A DNA stretch of 20,000 nt, taken from an uncultured virus (IMG/VR IMGVR_UViG_3300042474_001006). Its lineage: Duplodnaviria; Heunggongvirae; Uroviricota; Caudoviricetes. Location of the stretch: the IMG/VR virus record IMGVR_UViG_3300042474_001006; one strand, written 5' to 3'. Made by a program: the position numbers and the translations under genes. Shown piece by piece: positions 8,584 to 16,622 of the stretch (positions within the stretch are counted from its first letter, which is position 1; the number at the start of each line of letters is the position of its first letter). The notes beneath the pieces are model-generated. The model was given only the letters and a program-made list of their open reading frames with translations. It did no database searches and was not told the origin of the DNA.

Positions 8584-8768
8584 AAAACATAGATTCAAAT
8601 CATTTAGAGTTTGAGATATGGCTCAAAAATGGTTACGATAGAGGCTGGGTCTCAGATGTATTTTGCGATACACACGATGGTCCGCCTTTAACAGATGAAG
8701 AAATGCAAGAATGGGAAGAAGGAGGAGATCCCTGCTCTTTCCATGTAAAAGTAAATGCACTACACTAA
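8574..8768 (+). CDS. Hypothetical acidic protein (CDTHDG...DPC motif)
   Basis: Overlapping 64-aa ORF. Confidence 0.7.
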   Translation: MDLENIDSNHLEFEIWLKNGYDRGWVSDVFCDTHDGPPLTDEEMQEWEEGGDPCSFHVKVNALH

Positions 8769-8816
8769 ATTTCTGTAATCGCAAAGATGACAGAGGAAAT
8801 AAGGAGAATAAATTAA

Positions 8817-10223
8817 ATGAACTCATTTAAGAAAATCGCACTAGCCATGGTTGCAGCCATGACTTTGGGCACAATGGTAGCAACACCTGCAAGTGCTGCT
8901 GTAATGACAGTCGCTGTAGAGCTTGCTGGAACGGCTAACACAACCGCTTCATCAATCTCAACACCTGCCGCATTGCCAGTTCCTGCAGACAACACAGTTG
9001 ACGCTGCAGACGCACTTAAGTTCGTAGCAACAGTTGACACAGGAACAGCAGTTTCTGTAGTAGCAACAAACGCAACAATCGTGTCTGCACTACACACAAC
9101 TGCTGCACCAGTAGGAGCAACATCAGGATCATCATCTTTGACAGTTGCAACTGGTACAGGAACAACAGCAACATTTTATGTCTACACAAAGACAACAGCA
9201 ATCGGTACAGTTGTAATTACCAATGGTGGAACACAACTTACATACTACGTACAGGGAACTGCTGGTAAGATTAATACTCTTACAGTATCCGCTCCTGCTA
9301 CAGGTGCTGCTGGTACAAAGCAAGACATCTCAGTAACTGCAACAGATACATTTGGTAACAAGGTATCTGCTAAGTCAATTACTGCAACAGTTTTTGCTTC
9401 AACAGCAACACTAGACACAGCAACAGCAACAACTGGTGCTACACTTTCAGATTTTGGAGTTGCAAAGTTTGTCGCAACACTTCCAACAACTGGAACACGA
9501 TCACTAATCACATTTTCACCTACAACATCATCGGATGCAACAACTGTAGATGTAGTTGGTCTTCCTGCTCGTGCACTAGCACCATTTGCAGAAATTACAG
9601 TTCGTGATCTAGTATCAGAACTTGCTGCTGAGAAAGCAGCACTTGCTGCTGAAAGAGCAGCACACGCTTCAACAAAGGCTCAACTAGAGGCAGAGGTTAA
9701 GGCAAAGTCTGCACTTGCAGAAAGCCTAGCAAAGGCCAATGCTGACATAGTAAAGGCAACAGCAGAAGCAACTGATGCAAAGAAGGCAGAAGCAAGCGCT
9801 CTAAAGGCACTTGCAGATGCAGGCGTTGCTGCTGATAAGATTATTGCACAGTTCAAGTTGGACTTGGAAGCAGCGAATGCTTCACTTGCAACACTTACTG
9901 CAGAACTTGCAGAACTAAAGGCTTCACATGCCAAGGCACTTGCTGATCTAAAGGCTACATCAGATAAGGCACTTGCAGATGCAAAGGCTGCTTCAGATAA
10001 GGCAGTTGCAGATGCTGTAGCAACAGAGAAGGTAGCGGGTGCAAAGTCACTTGCAGATGCAAAGACTGCATCAGATGCTGCTCTACTCGCTAAGGATGCA
10101 CAGATTGCTAAGTTGACTGCAGATAATGCTGCAGCGATTAAGTCTATGAAGGCTGCATTTAATAAGTTGGCTACTCAGTGGAATAAGAAGAATCCAAAAG
10201 CTAAGGTTACCTTGCTTAAGTAA
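8817..10223 (+). CDS. Secreted Ala/Thr-rich surface protein (beta-rich/Ig-like N-half, long coiled-coil C-half)
   Basis: Signal peptide MNSFKKIALAMVAAMTLG...ASA; strong RBS taaggag; biased codons (AAG, GCA/GCT); downstream terminator. Confidence 0.8.
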   Translation: MNSFKKIALAMVAAMTLGTMVATPASAAVMTVAVELAGTANTTASSISTPAALPVPADNTVDAADALKFVATVDTGTAVSVVATNATIVSALHTTAAPVGATSGSSSLTVATGTGTTATFYVYTKTTAIGTVVITNGGTQLTYYVQGTAGKINTLTVSAPATGAAGTKQDISVTATDTFGNKVSAKSITATVFASTATLDTATATTGATLSDFGVAKFVATLPTTGTRSLITFSPTTSSDATTVDVVGLPARALAPFAEITVRDLVSELAAEKAALAAERAAHASTKAQLEAEVKAKSALAESLAKANADIVKATAEATDAKKAEASALKALADAGVAADKIIAQFKLDLEAANASLATLTAELAELKASHAKALADLKATSDKALADAKAASDKAVADAVATEKVAGAKSLADAKTASDAALLAKDAQIAKLTADNAAAIKSMKAAFNKLATQWNKKNPKAKVTLLK

Positions 10224-10230
10224 TTAGTTT

Positions 10231-10260
10231 AATATGGGGCAGGTTCCCCTGCCCCATATT
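10231..10260 (+). terminator. Perfect 13-bp hairpin, probable intrinsic terminator
   Basis: AATATGGGGCAGG-ttcc-CCTGCCCCATATT right after the stop at 10223. Confidence 0.8.
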
Positions 10261-10284
10261 TACTATTATGATAAAATAGATATT

Positions 10285-10437
10285 ATGGAATGGGATCATT
10301 TTCACGTAATTAAAAAAAAAGTTTTAAATGAATTAATTAAAGATATGGAAAGTTTAGAAATTCCACCAGACTGGAGACCACGAGAGGTCTTAAGTTTAGT
10401 AATTAGAAAATTAAAAGAAAAAGAGGAATCATGTTAA
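10285..10437 (+). CDS. Hypothetical 50-aa protein (leaderless)
   Basis: MEWDHFHVIKKK...; TGaTAAAAT (-10 at 10272-10277) 7 nt upstream; the 10234 start lies inside the terminator. Confidence 0.65.
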   Translation: MEWDHFHVIKKKVLNELIKDMESLEIPPDWRPREVLSLVIRKLKEKEESC

Positions 10438-10604
10438 AGAATTTAAAAAATTGGTTAGGATTCAATTCAGTTGAATCTCAGGTTGAAGCCATGCTAGAAG
10501 AAATTAAGACTTCGGCTAAGAAGGCACCAGCAAAGAAGGTTGCTAAGAAGGCACCAGCAAAGAAGGTTGCTAAGAAGGCACCAGCTAAGAAGGCAGTAAA
10601 GTAG
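10431..10604 (+). CDS. Histone H1/HupB-tail-like basic peptide (PAKK repeats; not in ORF track)
   Basis: MLKNLKNWLGFNSVESQVEAMLEEIKTSAKKAPAKKVAKKAPAKKVAKKAPAKKAVK; gagga RBS. Confidence 0.8.
   Translation: MLKNLKNWLGFNSVESQVEAMLEEIKTSAKKAPAKKVAKKAPAKKVAKKAPAKKAVK
10515..10585 (+). repeat. 27-bp tandem repeat (about 2.6 copies), coding
   Basis: gctaagaaggcaccagcaaagaaggtt twice plus a partial copy. Confidence 0.9.
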
Positions 10605-10864
10605 TGGAATCAATAAAGAAAGTTTCCATAAAGGCGACTTGCTACACCATATATCATGTAACTGTTTCTGCTTTAATTTTTTCTACTGTAATATATTTTA
10701 TTACTGGGAAATGGGAATATGAATATCTTGACGAATTTGGTATTGGTCTTCTAGGATATATTCTGTGGGAACTTTTTGGTTATTCTGTTTTTGAGATGAT
10801 TTGGCCAAAAACTGAAAAAGCCTTTAAAAGAATTTGGGCAAAGTTTGGCGGTAAGGTTAAGTAA
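10604..10864 (+). CDS. 2-TM membrane protein (weak DUF2061-like resemblance)
   Basis: GTG start overlapping TAG; two hydrophobic segments. Confidence 0.6.
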   Translation: MESIKKVSIKATCYTIYHVTVSALIFSTVIYFITGKWEYEYLDEFGIGLLGYILWELFGYSVFEMIWPKTEKAFKRIWAKFGGKVK

Positions 10865-11004
10865 TGGGAAAGCACCTAGATAAGATGCAGAGAGCTTTGG
10901 CTCAAAGACAAGCAGCAACATATGCCAGCGGACAAAAAAAGCCTGGTTCAATGAATATTAAAAAAACTGGGTATAGAGGCCAAAGGGCAAAAGGTCCTAA
11001 GTAG
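10864..11004 (+). CDS. 46-aa basic peptide ending GPK (not in ORF track)
   Basis: MGKHLDKMQRALAQRQAATYASGQKKPGSMNIKKTGYRGQRAKGPK; TAATG coupling. Confidence 0.7.
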   Translation: MGKHLDKMQRALAQRQAATYASGQKKPGSMNIKKTGYRGQRAKGPK

Positions 11005-11126
11005 TGTTTAGTGGATTGTGTGAAATGGCGGGATGCGGTAAAAAAGCAACCAGACTTACTTCAAAGCCAGAAGGCCCTATCATAGATATTTGTGACGATT
11101 GCTGGCATCAGATATACAGATCTTAA
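11004..11126 (+). CDS. 40-aa Zn-finger peptide (not in ORF track)
   Basis: GTG start; CEMAGC...ICDDCW. Confidence 0.65.
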   Translation: MFSGLCEMAGCGKKATRLTSKPEGPIIDICDDCWHQIYRS

Positions 11127-11135
11127 TCAACTAAA

Positions 11136-11175
11136 TGCTATAATAGAGTCATAAGCGGAATACTAGTCCCGCTTA
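11136..11175 (+). promoter_or_regulatory. Extended -10 promoter TGcTATAAT followed by a 5'-UTR hairpin
   Basis: TATAAT 11139-11144; TAAGCGG (11152-11158) pairs with CCGCTTA (11169-11175); RBS taggag before ATG 11202. Confidence 0.7.
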
Positions 11176-11201
11176 AATAAATAACCTATAGGAGTAATAA
11201 C

Positions 11202-11354
11202 ATGTCAGACGGAAAAGATTTAAACGGATTTACATCACCAAAGGTAAACGATTCAACAGTATGGGGAAACAACGAGCAGTACGCAGCTGATCCAAAGGCA
11301 GCATTCCCATCAACAGACGTTTCAAACCAAGCGCAGGCTCAAGGTCCTAAGTAA
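11202..11354 (+). CDS. 50-aa peptide with a single Trp, ending GPK (not in ORF track)
   Basis: MSDGKDLNGFTSPKVNDSTVWGNNEQYAADPKAAFPSTDVSNQAQAQGPK; strong RBS, high-expression codons. Confidence 0.8.
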   Translation: MSDGKDLNGFTSPKVNDSTVWGNNEQYAADPKAAFPSTDVSNQAQAQGPK

Positions 11355-11355
11355 T

Positions 11356-11448
11356 ATGTGCTTTGAATGCGGTTGCGAAAGCGTAGGCAGCGAGACTGGA
11401 GTTAAAGAAGTTAGTATCCAGGATGTATCAGATCAGAGGAATCAATAA
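11356..11448 (+). CDS. 30-aa peptide with N-terminal MCxxCGC (not in ORF track)
   Basis: MCFECGCESVGSETGVKEVSIQDVSDQRNQ. Confidence 0.7.
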   Translation: MCFECGCESVGSETGVKEVSIQDVSDQRNQ

Positions 11449-11555
11449 TGTGTAAAGATTGTTCATGTGGAAAAGATGAGCAGATTCAAAATGAATCAGC
11501 TCCATCACCAGCTAGTAACAATGTTGTGACCATCTCACAAATTAAGGGAGCATAG
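11448..11555 (+). CDS. 35-aa peptide with N-terminal MCxxCSC (not in ORF track)
   Basis: MCKDCSCGKDEQIQNESAPSPASNNVVTISQIKGA; gagga RBS, TAATG coupling. Confidence 0.72.
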   Translation: MCKDCSCGKDEQIQNESAPSPASNNVVTISQIKGA

Positions 11556-11731
11556 TGTCAGAAAATGTTGTAAACTCTGGAGAGGCAACAAAAAAGAATC
11601 CTTCTCAGGGTAAATTTAAATCTGGTATACAGGAAAAAAGACCACCAATGAAAATTGATGTCAATAAGCATGGAATTAGAAGAGAAACACCAGCAGTTCC
11701 ACCTAAAAAATTTGGTAGAAAGAAGGTTTAA
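11555..11731 (+). CDS. 58-aa basic Pro/Lys-rich peptide (not in ORF track)
   Basis: GTG start with gggag RBS; MSENVVNSGEATKKNPSQGKFK...PAVPPKKFGRKKV. Confidence 0.7.
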   Translation: MSENVVNSGEATKKNPSQGKFKSGIQEKRPPMKIDVNKHGIRRETPAVPPKKFGRKKV

Positions 11732-11733
11732 TT

Positions 11734-12624
11734 ATGGAAGCATTATCACAGACCACAAGTCAACTTGGAGGAAAACTCCTAGGAGGAGGGGGAACTGGGA
11801 TTTGGCAGTACGAAAACTTTCTTTCTAAAGAAGAGTGTGAAGAATTAATTAAGTTCTTTAACGCAAATGAGGAAGAGTGGAGATTTATTTGCTTCTACGG
11901 ATCTTACGGTATGCATGTCGTTTCTCCATTTACCAAAGATCATGGTACTTCAATAACTGAAGAATACATGGCAAACCTAAGAGAAAGAATGATTCAGTAT
12001 TGTTCTGATGCTGCTGGAAGACCTATGAAGATTAACAGCATGCATGCACAGAAATGGGAGATTGGTGCTTACGCAAACGATCACTCAGATAACACAGACC
12101 TTGATGGCGAAGATATGGGGTGGGCTGATAACAAGCAGTACTCTGGTATATATCTAAATAGTCAGCCAGACTATGAGGGTGGGGTTTTAAGATTTAGAGA
12201 TCACAATTTAGATGTTGTTCCACCAACTGGTTCATTCGTATCATTCCCTGGAGGTGTAGAAAATATTCATAGCGTTTCTGAAATTACCGCTGGAACAAGA
12301 TACACCATAGTTATATTCTGGGATTATGCAGATGCATGGTATTCTGAAGCGCAGTTGCAAGAGTGGGAAAGATTAATTTTTAAAGAAAGAATTCATCAAT
12401 ATCAATTAAAGCAGCAGTGGAAAGATAAGGTAGCTCATCCGCTACTAGAAAATCCTTATGCTGGAGTAGATAACCCAGAAGAATTACCAGAAGGACTAAT
12501 GGAAAGCTTGACTTCTGCAGACATTAAATGTAACGCTAGAAGAAATCAAGAAGCCGCCATTAAAGCTGGCACGGTTCCAGCGGGAGTAATTGTTGATCAG
12601 ATAATTACAGAGGAAGATGTTTGA
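11734..12624 (+). CDS. 2OG-Fe(II) oxygenase (prolyl 4-hydroxylase-like)
   Basis: NFLSKEECEELI, HSD (HxD), YLN...YEGGVL.F, NIHSV (distal His), GTRY (2OG-binding Arg). Confidence 0.88.
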   Translation: MEALSQTTSQLGGKLLGGGGTGIWQYENFLSKEECEELIKFFNANEEEWRFICFYGSYGMHVVSPFTKDHGTSITEEYMANLRERMIQYCSDAAGRPMKINSMHAQKWEIGAYANDHSDNTDLDGEDMGWADNKQYSGIYLNSQPDYEGGVLRFRDHNLDVVPPTGSFVSFPGGVENIHSVSEITAGTRYTIVIFWDYADAWYSEAQLQEWERLIFKERIHQYQLKQQWKDKVAHPLLENPYAGVDNPEELPEGLMESLTSADIKCNARRNQEAAIKAGTVPAGVIVDQIITEEDV

Positions 12625-12913
12625 TCTAGAAAAGGCTGTAAAGCATCACGGAACCTTTATCTTTGGCTCTCCAGAAAATTCGGAGGGGATTGATAAAAAC
12701 GGCGATGCATATGATTATTCTTTTATGACAGAGACTGGTAAAGTTTCTTATGTAAAAAAAGATGAAGAATCGTATCTGGTTACTATAAACAATATCATCT
12801 CAGATAAGATTGAAACAAGAGTAGTCAGATTGGATCAACTTACTAAATGGTTTTATGATCTATCTAACCAGTACTTTAAAGAAAACATAGAAGAAATAGA
12901 ATTGGAGAGCTAA
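12617..12913 (+). CDS. Hypothetical protein
   Basis: 98-aa ORF between the two oxygenases; gagga RBS. Confidence 0.7.
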   Translation: MFDLEKAVKHHGTFIFGSPENSEGIDKNGDAYDYSFMTETGKVSYVKKDEESYLVTINNIISDKIETRVVRLDQLTKWFYDLSNQYFKENIEEIELES

Positions 12914-12915
12914 AA

Positions 12916-13683
12916 ATGGAGTTTAATGAAATAGAAGATTCTGTTGGTTCTGAGCGAGAAAAAAACTTTAAAGATTATTTTATTAAGAATAAGCAAATTC
13001 TAGAAGATAGAAAAGTTATAATAGATAAAGAGCTATGGTATATTCCAGATTTTCTTACAAAAGAAGAACTCGATTACATAAAGCCATTTTGCGATGATAA
13101 AACTGGATGGTATCTAACATCAAGATCTAGCTCCATTAGAAATAAATTTATTGGGGTTAACTATAGAATGCACCCAGAAGGAACTATATGCCCAACACGT
13201 GGTATAGATTTAAGCAACAGCGCAATATTTCCAGATGAAACAGATTCACGATATCACCCAGAGTTGTGGTACAAGTCTGAAGGAGTATTCGATAGAATGA
13301 AAGTAGTACTTCCAAATAGATTGAATGAAGACATAACCTTACAATCATTCTGGCCTTTAGATGATTCAGATCACAGCGGTGCATATCAGTGGCACTGGGA
13401 AAAAAGTATGGCAGCAGAACTTGGAGATACAGAGTTTAATGATTTTGGAATGACTGCAGCATGGTCTATGTATATAAATGAAGACTTTGAAGACGGACAG
13501 CTTGAATTTGCTTATAAGCCGTATGTAATTAAGCCTAAAGCTGGAATGCTAATATCAATTCCAATGACAAAAGAATTTACTCATCGTGTAACTCCAGTAA
13601 AAAATGGAGAAAGGCATACTCTTTACGGAACATGCTTTAAAGATTTAAATGATAGAGAAATTTCTAACGGAGAAACCTGCTAA
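12916..13683 (+). CDS. 2OG-Fe(II) oxygenase (HxE type)
   Basis: DFLTKEE, WHWE, YINEDFEDGQLEF, THRVTPVKNGERH. Confidence 0.82.
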   Translation: MEFNEIEDSVGSEREKNFKDYFIKNKQILEDRKVIIDKELWYIPDFLTKEELDYIKPFCDDKTGWYLTSRSSSIRNKFIGVNYRMHPEGTICPTRGIDLSNSAIFPDETDSRYHPELWYKSEGVFDRMKVVLPNRLNEDITLQSFWPLDDSDHSGAYQWHWEKSMAAELGDTEFNDFGMTAAWSMYINEDFEDGQLEFAYKPYVIKPKAGMLISIPMTKEFTHRVTPVKNGERHTLYGTCFKDLNDREISNGETC

Positions 13684-13745
13684 AGTATTGAAGTAACACC
13701 ATTGTTGCTGTTCAGTATGTTGTTAATTAGAATGGATTCATATTG

Positions 13746-15335
13746 ATGAAATCAGATAGAATAGTCATAGTTGGTGGCGGGTCTGCTGGATGGATGACAG
13801 CATCTACTTTGATCAAAGAGTATCCAGATCGAGATATAACCCTAATAGAAAGTCCAGATGTACCAAAGATTGGCGTAGGAGAGTCTACTACAGTTGGCTT
13901 TATAGCTTGGCTGAGCACTTTAGAAATAGATCACGAAGAATTTATGGAGTTTACTGACGCTGCATACAAACTATCAATTAAGTTTACAGACTTTTACGCT
14001 TTAGGCGATGGTGGATTCCATTATCCATTTGGTGATCCTTACCAGGGTAACTGCACTCAAAGAGGAGCAAACGACTGGCATATATTAAAATCATTAGATC
14101 CTTCAACAACAAAACAAAGCTATGTGGACTACCTATTTCCATCATCAGTAATGATGAAGGAAAATAAAGTTTTTATGCCAAAGAGCTTAAAGCAGATGGA
14201 TGGATTTGATTTCATGAAAGACATGGCATTGCAGTTTGATGCAATAAAATTTGCTGAATACTTAAAGGAAAAATATGCAAAGCCTAGGGGCGTAAAGCAT
14301 ATTCAGGCAAATATAGATGAGGTTATCAAAGATAAAAATGGAATACAGGGTCTTAAGTTAAACAACGGAGAGTTTTGCGATGCAGATCTATATATAGACT
14401 GCTCTGGTTTTAAAGGACTTCTTATAACAGAAGCCCTTGGAACAGAATTTGAATCTCATGAAGACAGGTTGCCAGTAAATAAAGCGTGGGCGGTACAGAT
14501 ACCTTATGAAGATCCAGAGAAAGAAGTAGAACTATTTACCAATTGTACAGCCCTTGGTTATGGTTGGGTTTGGAATGCTCCACTTTATTCTAGAATAGGC
14601 ACTGGATATGTATACTCAGATAAATTTACATCATCAGAAGATGCCTTGGAAGAATTTAAAGATCATTTAAGAAAGACTCACGGTGAACACAGAATTGAAG
14701 GCCTAAGCTTTAGAGAAATTAGTTTTAGGTCTGGGATAGTATCTAAGCCATGGAACAAAAATGTTGTTGCTATAGGTCTATCTGGAGCTTTCTTAGAGCC
14801 ACTTGAATCAAACGGTTTAAGATTTATACACTCACACTCACTGCTTATTTCAAGAATGATATCCAGGGGTCACTATAATAAGTTTGATCAAGAAGCATAT
14901 AACCTTGAAGTAAAAAGAGATTTTGATTCATTTTCATCTTTTGTTCAATTACATTACATATTAACTTCAAGAACAGACACAGAGTTTTGGAAGTTCATGT
15001 CTACTAGAGATGTCCTGCCAAATAGCAGAGCATTTCTTAATTCAGAACACTTAATGTCATTTAGCTCAGAAATTATGAATAAGGTAAGCAACAAGTCTTT
15101 GCATGTTGATAGATGGTGCGGGTTTCATTGTATTGCTGTAGGAAATGAATGGGGTCCAGTAACCAAGCAGGTAATTAGAGAGTGGCAACATATATATCCA
15201 TCAAAAGACTTTAATGATATTGCTCAAACTTTTAAATCCAGAAGCGAATCTTCTGTGAAAAAGTGGACAGAGGCAATTAAAGATGCACCTAATCACCATA
15301 AATACTTAAAAGAAAGATTTCACAATGAAGTTTAG
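13746..15335 (+). CDS. Flavin-dependent tryptophan halogenase-like protein (PrnA/RebH family)
   Basis: GGGSAG, IGVGEST, catalytic Lys in AAYKLSIKF, DCSGF, GWVWNAPL, GYVYS, FLEPLESNG. Confidence 0.9.
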   Translation: MKSDRIVIVGGGSAGWMTASTLIKEYPDRDITLIESPDVPKIGVGESTTVGFIAWLSTLEIDHEEFMEFTDAAYKLSIKFTDFYALGDGGFHYPFGDPYQGNCTQRGANDWHILKSLDPSTTKQSYVDYLFPSSVMMKENKVFMPKSLKQMDGFDFMKDMALQFDAIKFAEYLKEKYAKPRGVKHIQANIDEVIKDKNGIQGLKLNNGEFCDADLYIDCSGFKGLLITEALGTEFESHEDRLPVNKAWAVQIPYEDPEKEVELFTNCTALGYGWVWNAPLYSRIGTGYVYSDKFTSSEDALEEFKDHLRKTHGEHRIEGLSFREISFRSGIVSKPWNKNVVAIGLSGAFLEPLESNGLRFIHSHSLLISRMISRGHYNKFDQEAYNLEVKRDFDSFSSFVQLHYILTSRTDTEFWKFMSTRDVLPNSRAFLNSEHLMSFSSEIMNKVSNKSLHVDRWCGFHCIAVGNEWGPVTKQVIREWQHIYPSKDFNDIAQTFKSRSESSVKKWTEAIKDAPNHHKYLKERFHNEV

Positions 15336-15618
15336 AAAAGATTGGATAGTTGCTCTTGGCACTATGCGCCACAGAGAGTACTGGAATCTGCCAAACACGG
15401 TTGAGTTTTTTGCATTTATGACAAAGGCTGCAATTATTATCCCAGGACTTATTTTTGGAGTTCAAATTTGGTGGCTATTCATATTTGCTTTAGTTACCAG
15501 CCTAGCATTGATATGGTCATCAACAGTAAAGACTCTTCCAACATTAATATGGTTTAATATAATATGGTCACTGCTTGCCATAACTGCACTTTCAAAACAC
15601 TTTTTAGGATTATCTTGA
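15325..15618 (+). CDS. Small multi-TM membrane protein
   Basis: About three hydrophobic helices; overlaps the halogenase end. Confidence 0.7.
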   Translation: MKFRKDWIVALGTMRHREYWNLPNTVEFFAFMTKAAIIIPGLIFGVQIWWLFIFALVTSLALIWSSTVKTLPTLIWFNIIWSLLAITALSKHFLGLS

Positions 15619-15626
15619 TTATGCTA

Positions 15627-15655
15627 TTGACTGACCGCATTGTGTATAGTATAAT
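15627..15655 (+). promoter_or_regulatory. Promoter TTGACT-17-TATAAT, leaderless to ATG 15663
   Basis: TTGACT 15627-15632, TATAAT 15650-15655. Confidence 0.75.
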
Positions 15656-15662
15656 ATAATAT

Positions 15663-15824
15663 ATGAAAACACTTATTATTATTTTTATTTTATCTTTAGC
15701 TGTCTGCGGATATCTGGGATATAGACTGTATCAAGAAATTTCTGTAATTATGGAAGCAAAAAAAATACAAGATAAATCGGCACAGGATCGGTTTTGGGCA
15801 AGTCAACAGTCGTTCGAGGAGTAA
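15663..15824 (+). CDS. 53-aa single-TM protein (not in ORF track)
   Basis: MKTLIIIFILSLAVCGYLGYRLYQEISVIMEAKK... Confidence 0.72.
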   Translation: MKTLIIIFILSLAVCGYLGYRLYQEISVIMEAKKIQDKSAQDRFWASQQSFEE

Positions 15825-15827
15825 AAA

Positions 15828-16124
15828 ATGATTAAGCCATTTGGCAACTTATTGTTAGTTAAAGAGAATAAGGTAGAGGATAGAACTACTTCATCTGGTA
15901 TAGTTTTAATGGCTTCGCTTAGCGATTCTCCTCTCAGGGTTGGAAAGATACTTGATCTTGGAAATGGTGAACACAACTATAAGGGTGAGCTTATACCAAT
16001 TAATGGGCTAGCCATTGGGGATAGTGTGTATTATAACCAAAACAGTGGAACTGATATTGAAGATGAAGACGGAGAAAAGTATTTGCTTTTGAATACAAAA
16101 AGCGTACTAGCGATTAAGGGGTAA
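15828..16124 (+). CDS. groES: GroES/Cpn10 co-chaperonin
   Basis: IKPFGNLLLVK, TTSSGIVL, G.G, GDSVYY, GEKYLLL; gaggag RBS. Confidence 0.9.
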   Translation: MIKPFGNLLLVKENKVEDRTTSSGIVLMASLSDSPLRVGKILDLGNGEHNYKGELIPINGLAIGDSVYYNQNSGTDIEDEDGEKYLLLNTKSVLAIKG

Positions 16125-16126
16125 AG

Positions 16127-16312
16127 TTGAGAAAAGGGTTTATCTTTAAAGTTTTATCTAACTCCGTTTTGCTGCAGGTTAAAACTAAATCACCAGAGAA
16201 GTGGCTTCTTGTAGACAGAGAAACTGGACAGGTTTATCAAGGTAGTGAAAAAGGTCATTGGGATAGATTAGATCCAGTTATAAAATATACTGATGATTCT
16301 ACTATATTGTAA
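16127..16312 (+). CDS. Hypothetical protein
   Basis: TTG start with aagggg RBS; KWLLVDRETGQVYQG. Confidence 0.6.
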   Translation: MRKGFIFKVLSNSVLLQVKTKSPEKWLLVDRETGQVYQGSEKGHWDRLDPVIKYTDDSTIL

Positions 16313-16325
16313 CTAATTTAGCGAA

Positions 16326-16381
16326 AAAAGTGCGGCGGAAAATAGAAGGCTATTGACAGTACCTGTCGTATATTATATAAT
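16326..16381 (+). promoter_or_regulatory. Repeated element copy A: upstream motif + TAC-loop hairpin over the -35 + TATAAT
   Basis: aaagtgcggcggaaaataga; TTGACA 16353-16358; GACAG-TAC-CTGTC 16355-16367; TATAAT 16376-16381. Confidence 0.75.
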
Positions 16382-16389
16382 AAACTATA

Positions 16390-16521
16390 ATGATAAATAA
16401 GATTATATGCAAAATTAAAGGCCACATTCTTGTAGAAGCAGGCACATGCCCATATACTGGATCAACATATCAATATTGTGAAAGATGTGCTGCAATGATT
16501 CCAATTCAGTTGGCAGTATGA
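16390..16521 (+). CDS. 43-aa Zn-finger-like peptide (not in ORF track)
   Basis: MINKIICKIKGHILVEAGTCPYTGSTYQYCERCAAMIPIQLAV. Confidence 0.7.
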   Translation: MINKIICKIKGHILVEAGTCPYTGSTYQYCERCAAMIPIQLAV

Positions 16522-16622
16522 AAGAGCCTAAGATTATGAAAATGGACTGGCGTCCTTTGGGATATTGGCCAGTATATAAAGATGGAAAGCTTACATGGGA
16601 AAAGGATCCAAAAGATGATTGA
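16518..16622 (+). CDS. 34-aa peptide (not in ORF track)
   Basis: ATGA overlap; MKEPKIMKMDWRPLGYWPVYKDGKLTWEKDPKDD. Confidence 0.6.
   Translation: MKEPKIMKMDWRPLGYWPVYKDGKLTWEKDPKDD

Noticed and set aside
10234..10284. ORF-track start at 10234
   Set aside because: It lies within the terminator hairpin; the -10 position supports ATG 10285.
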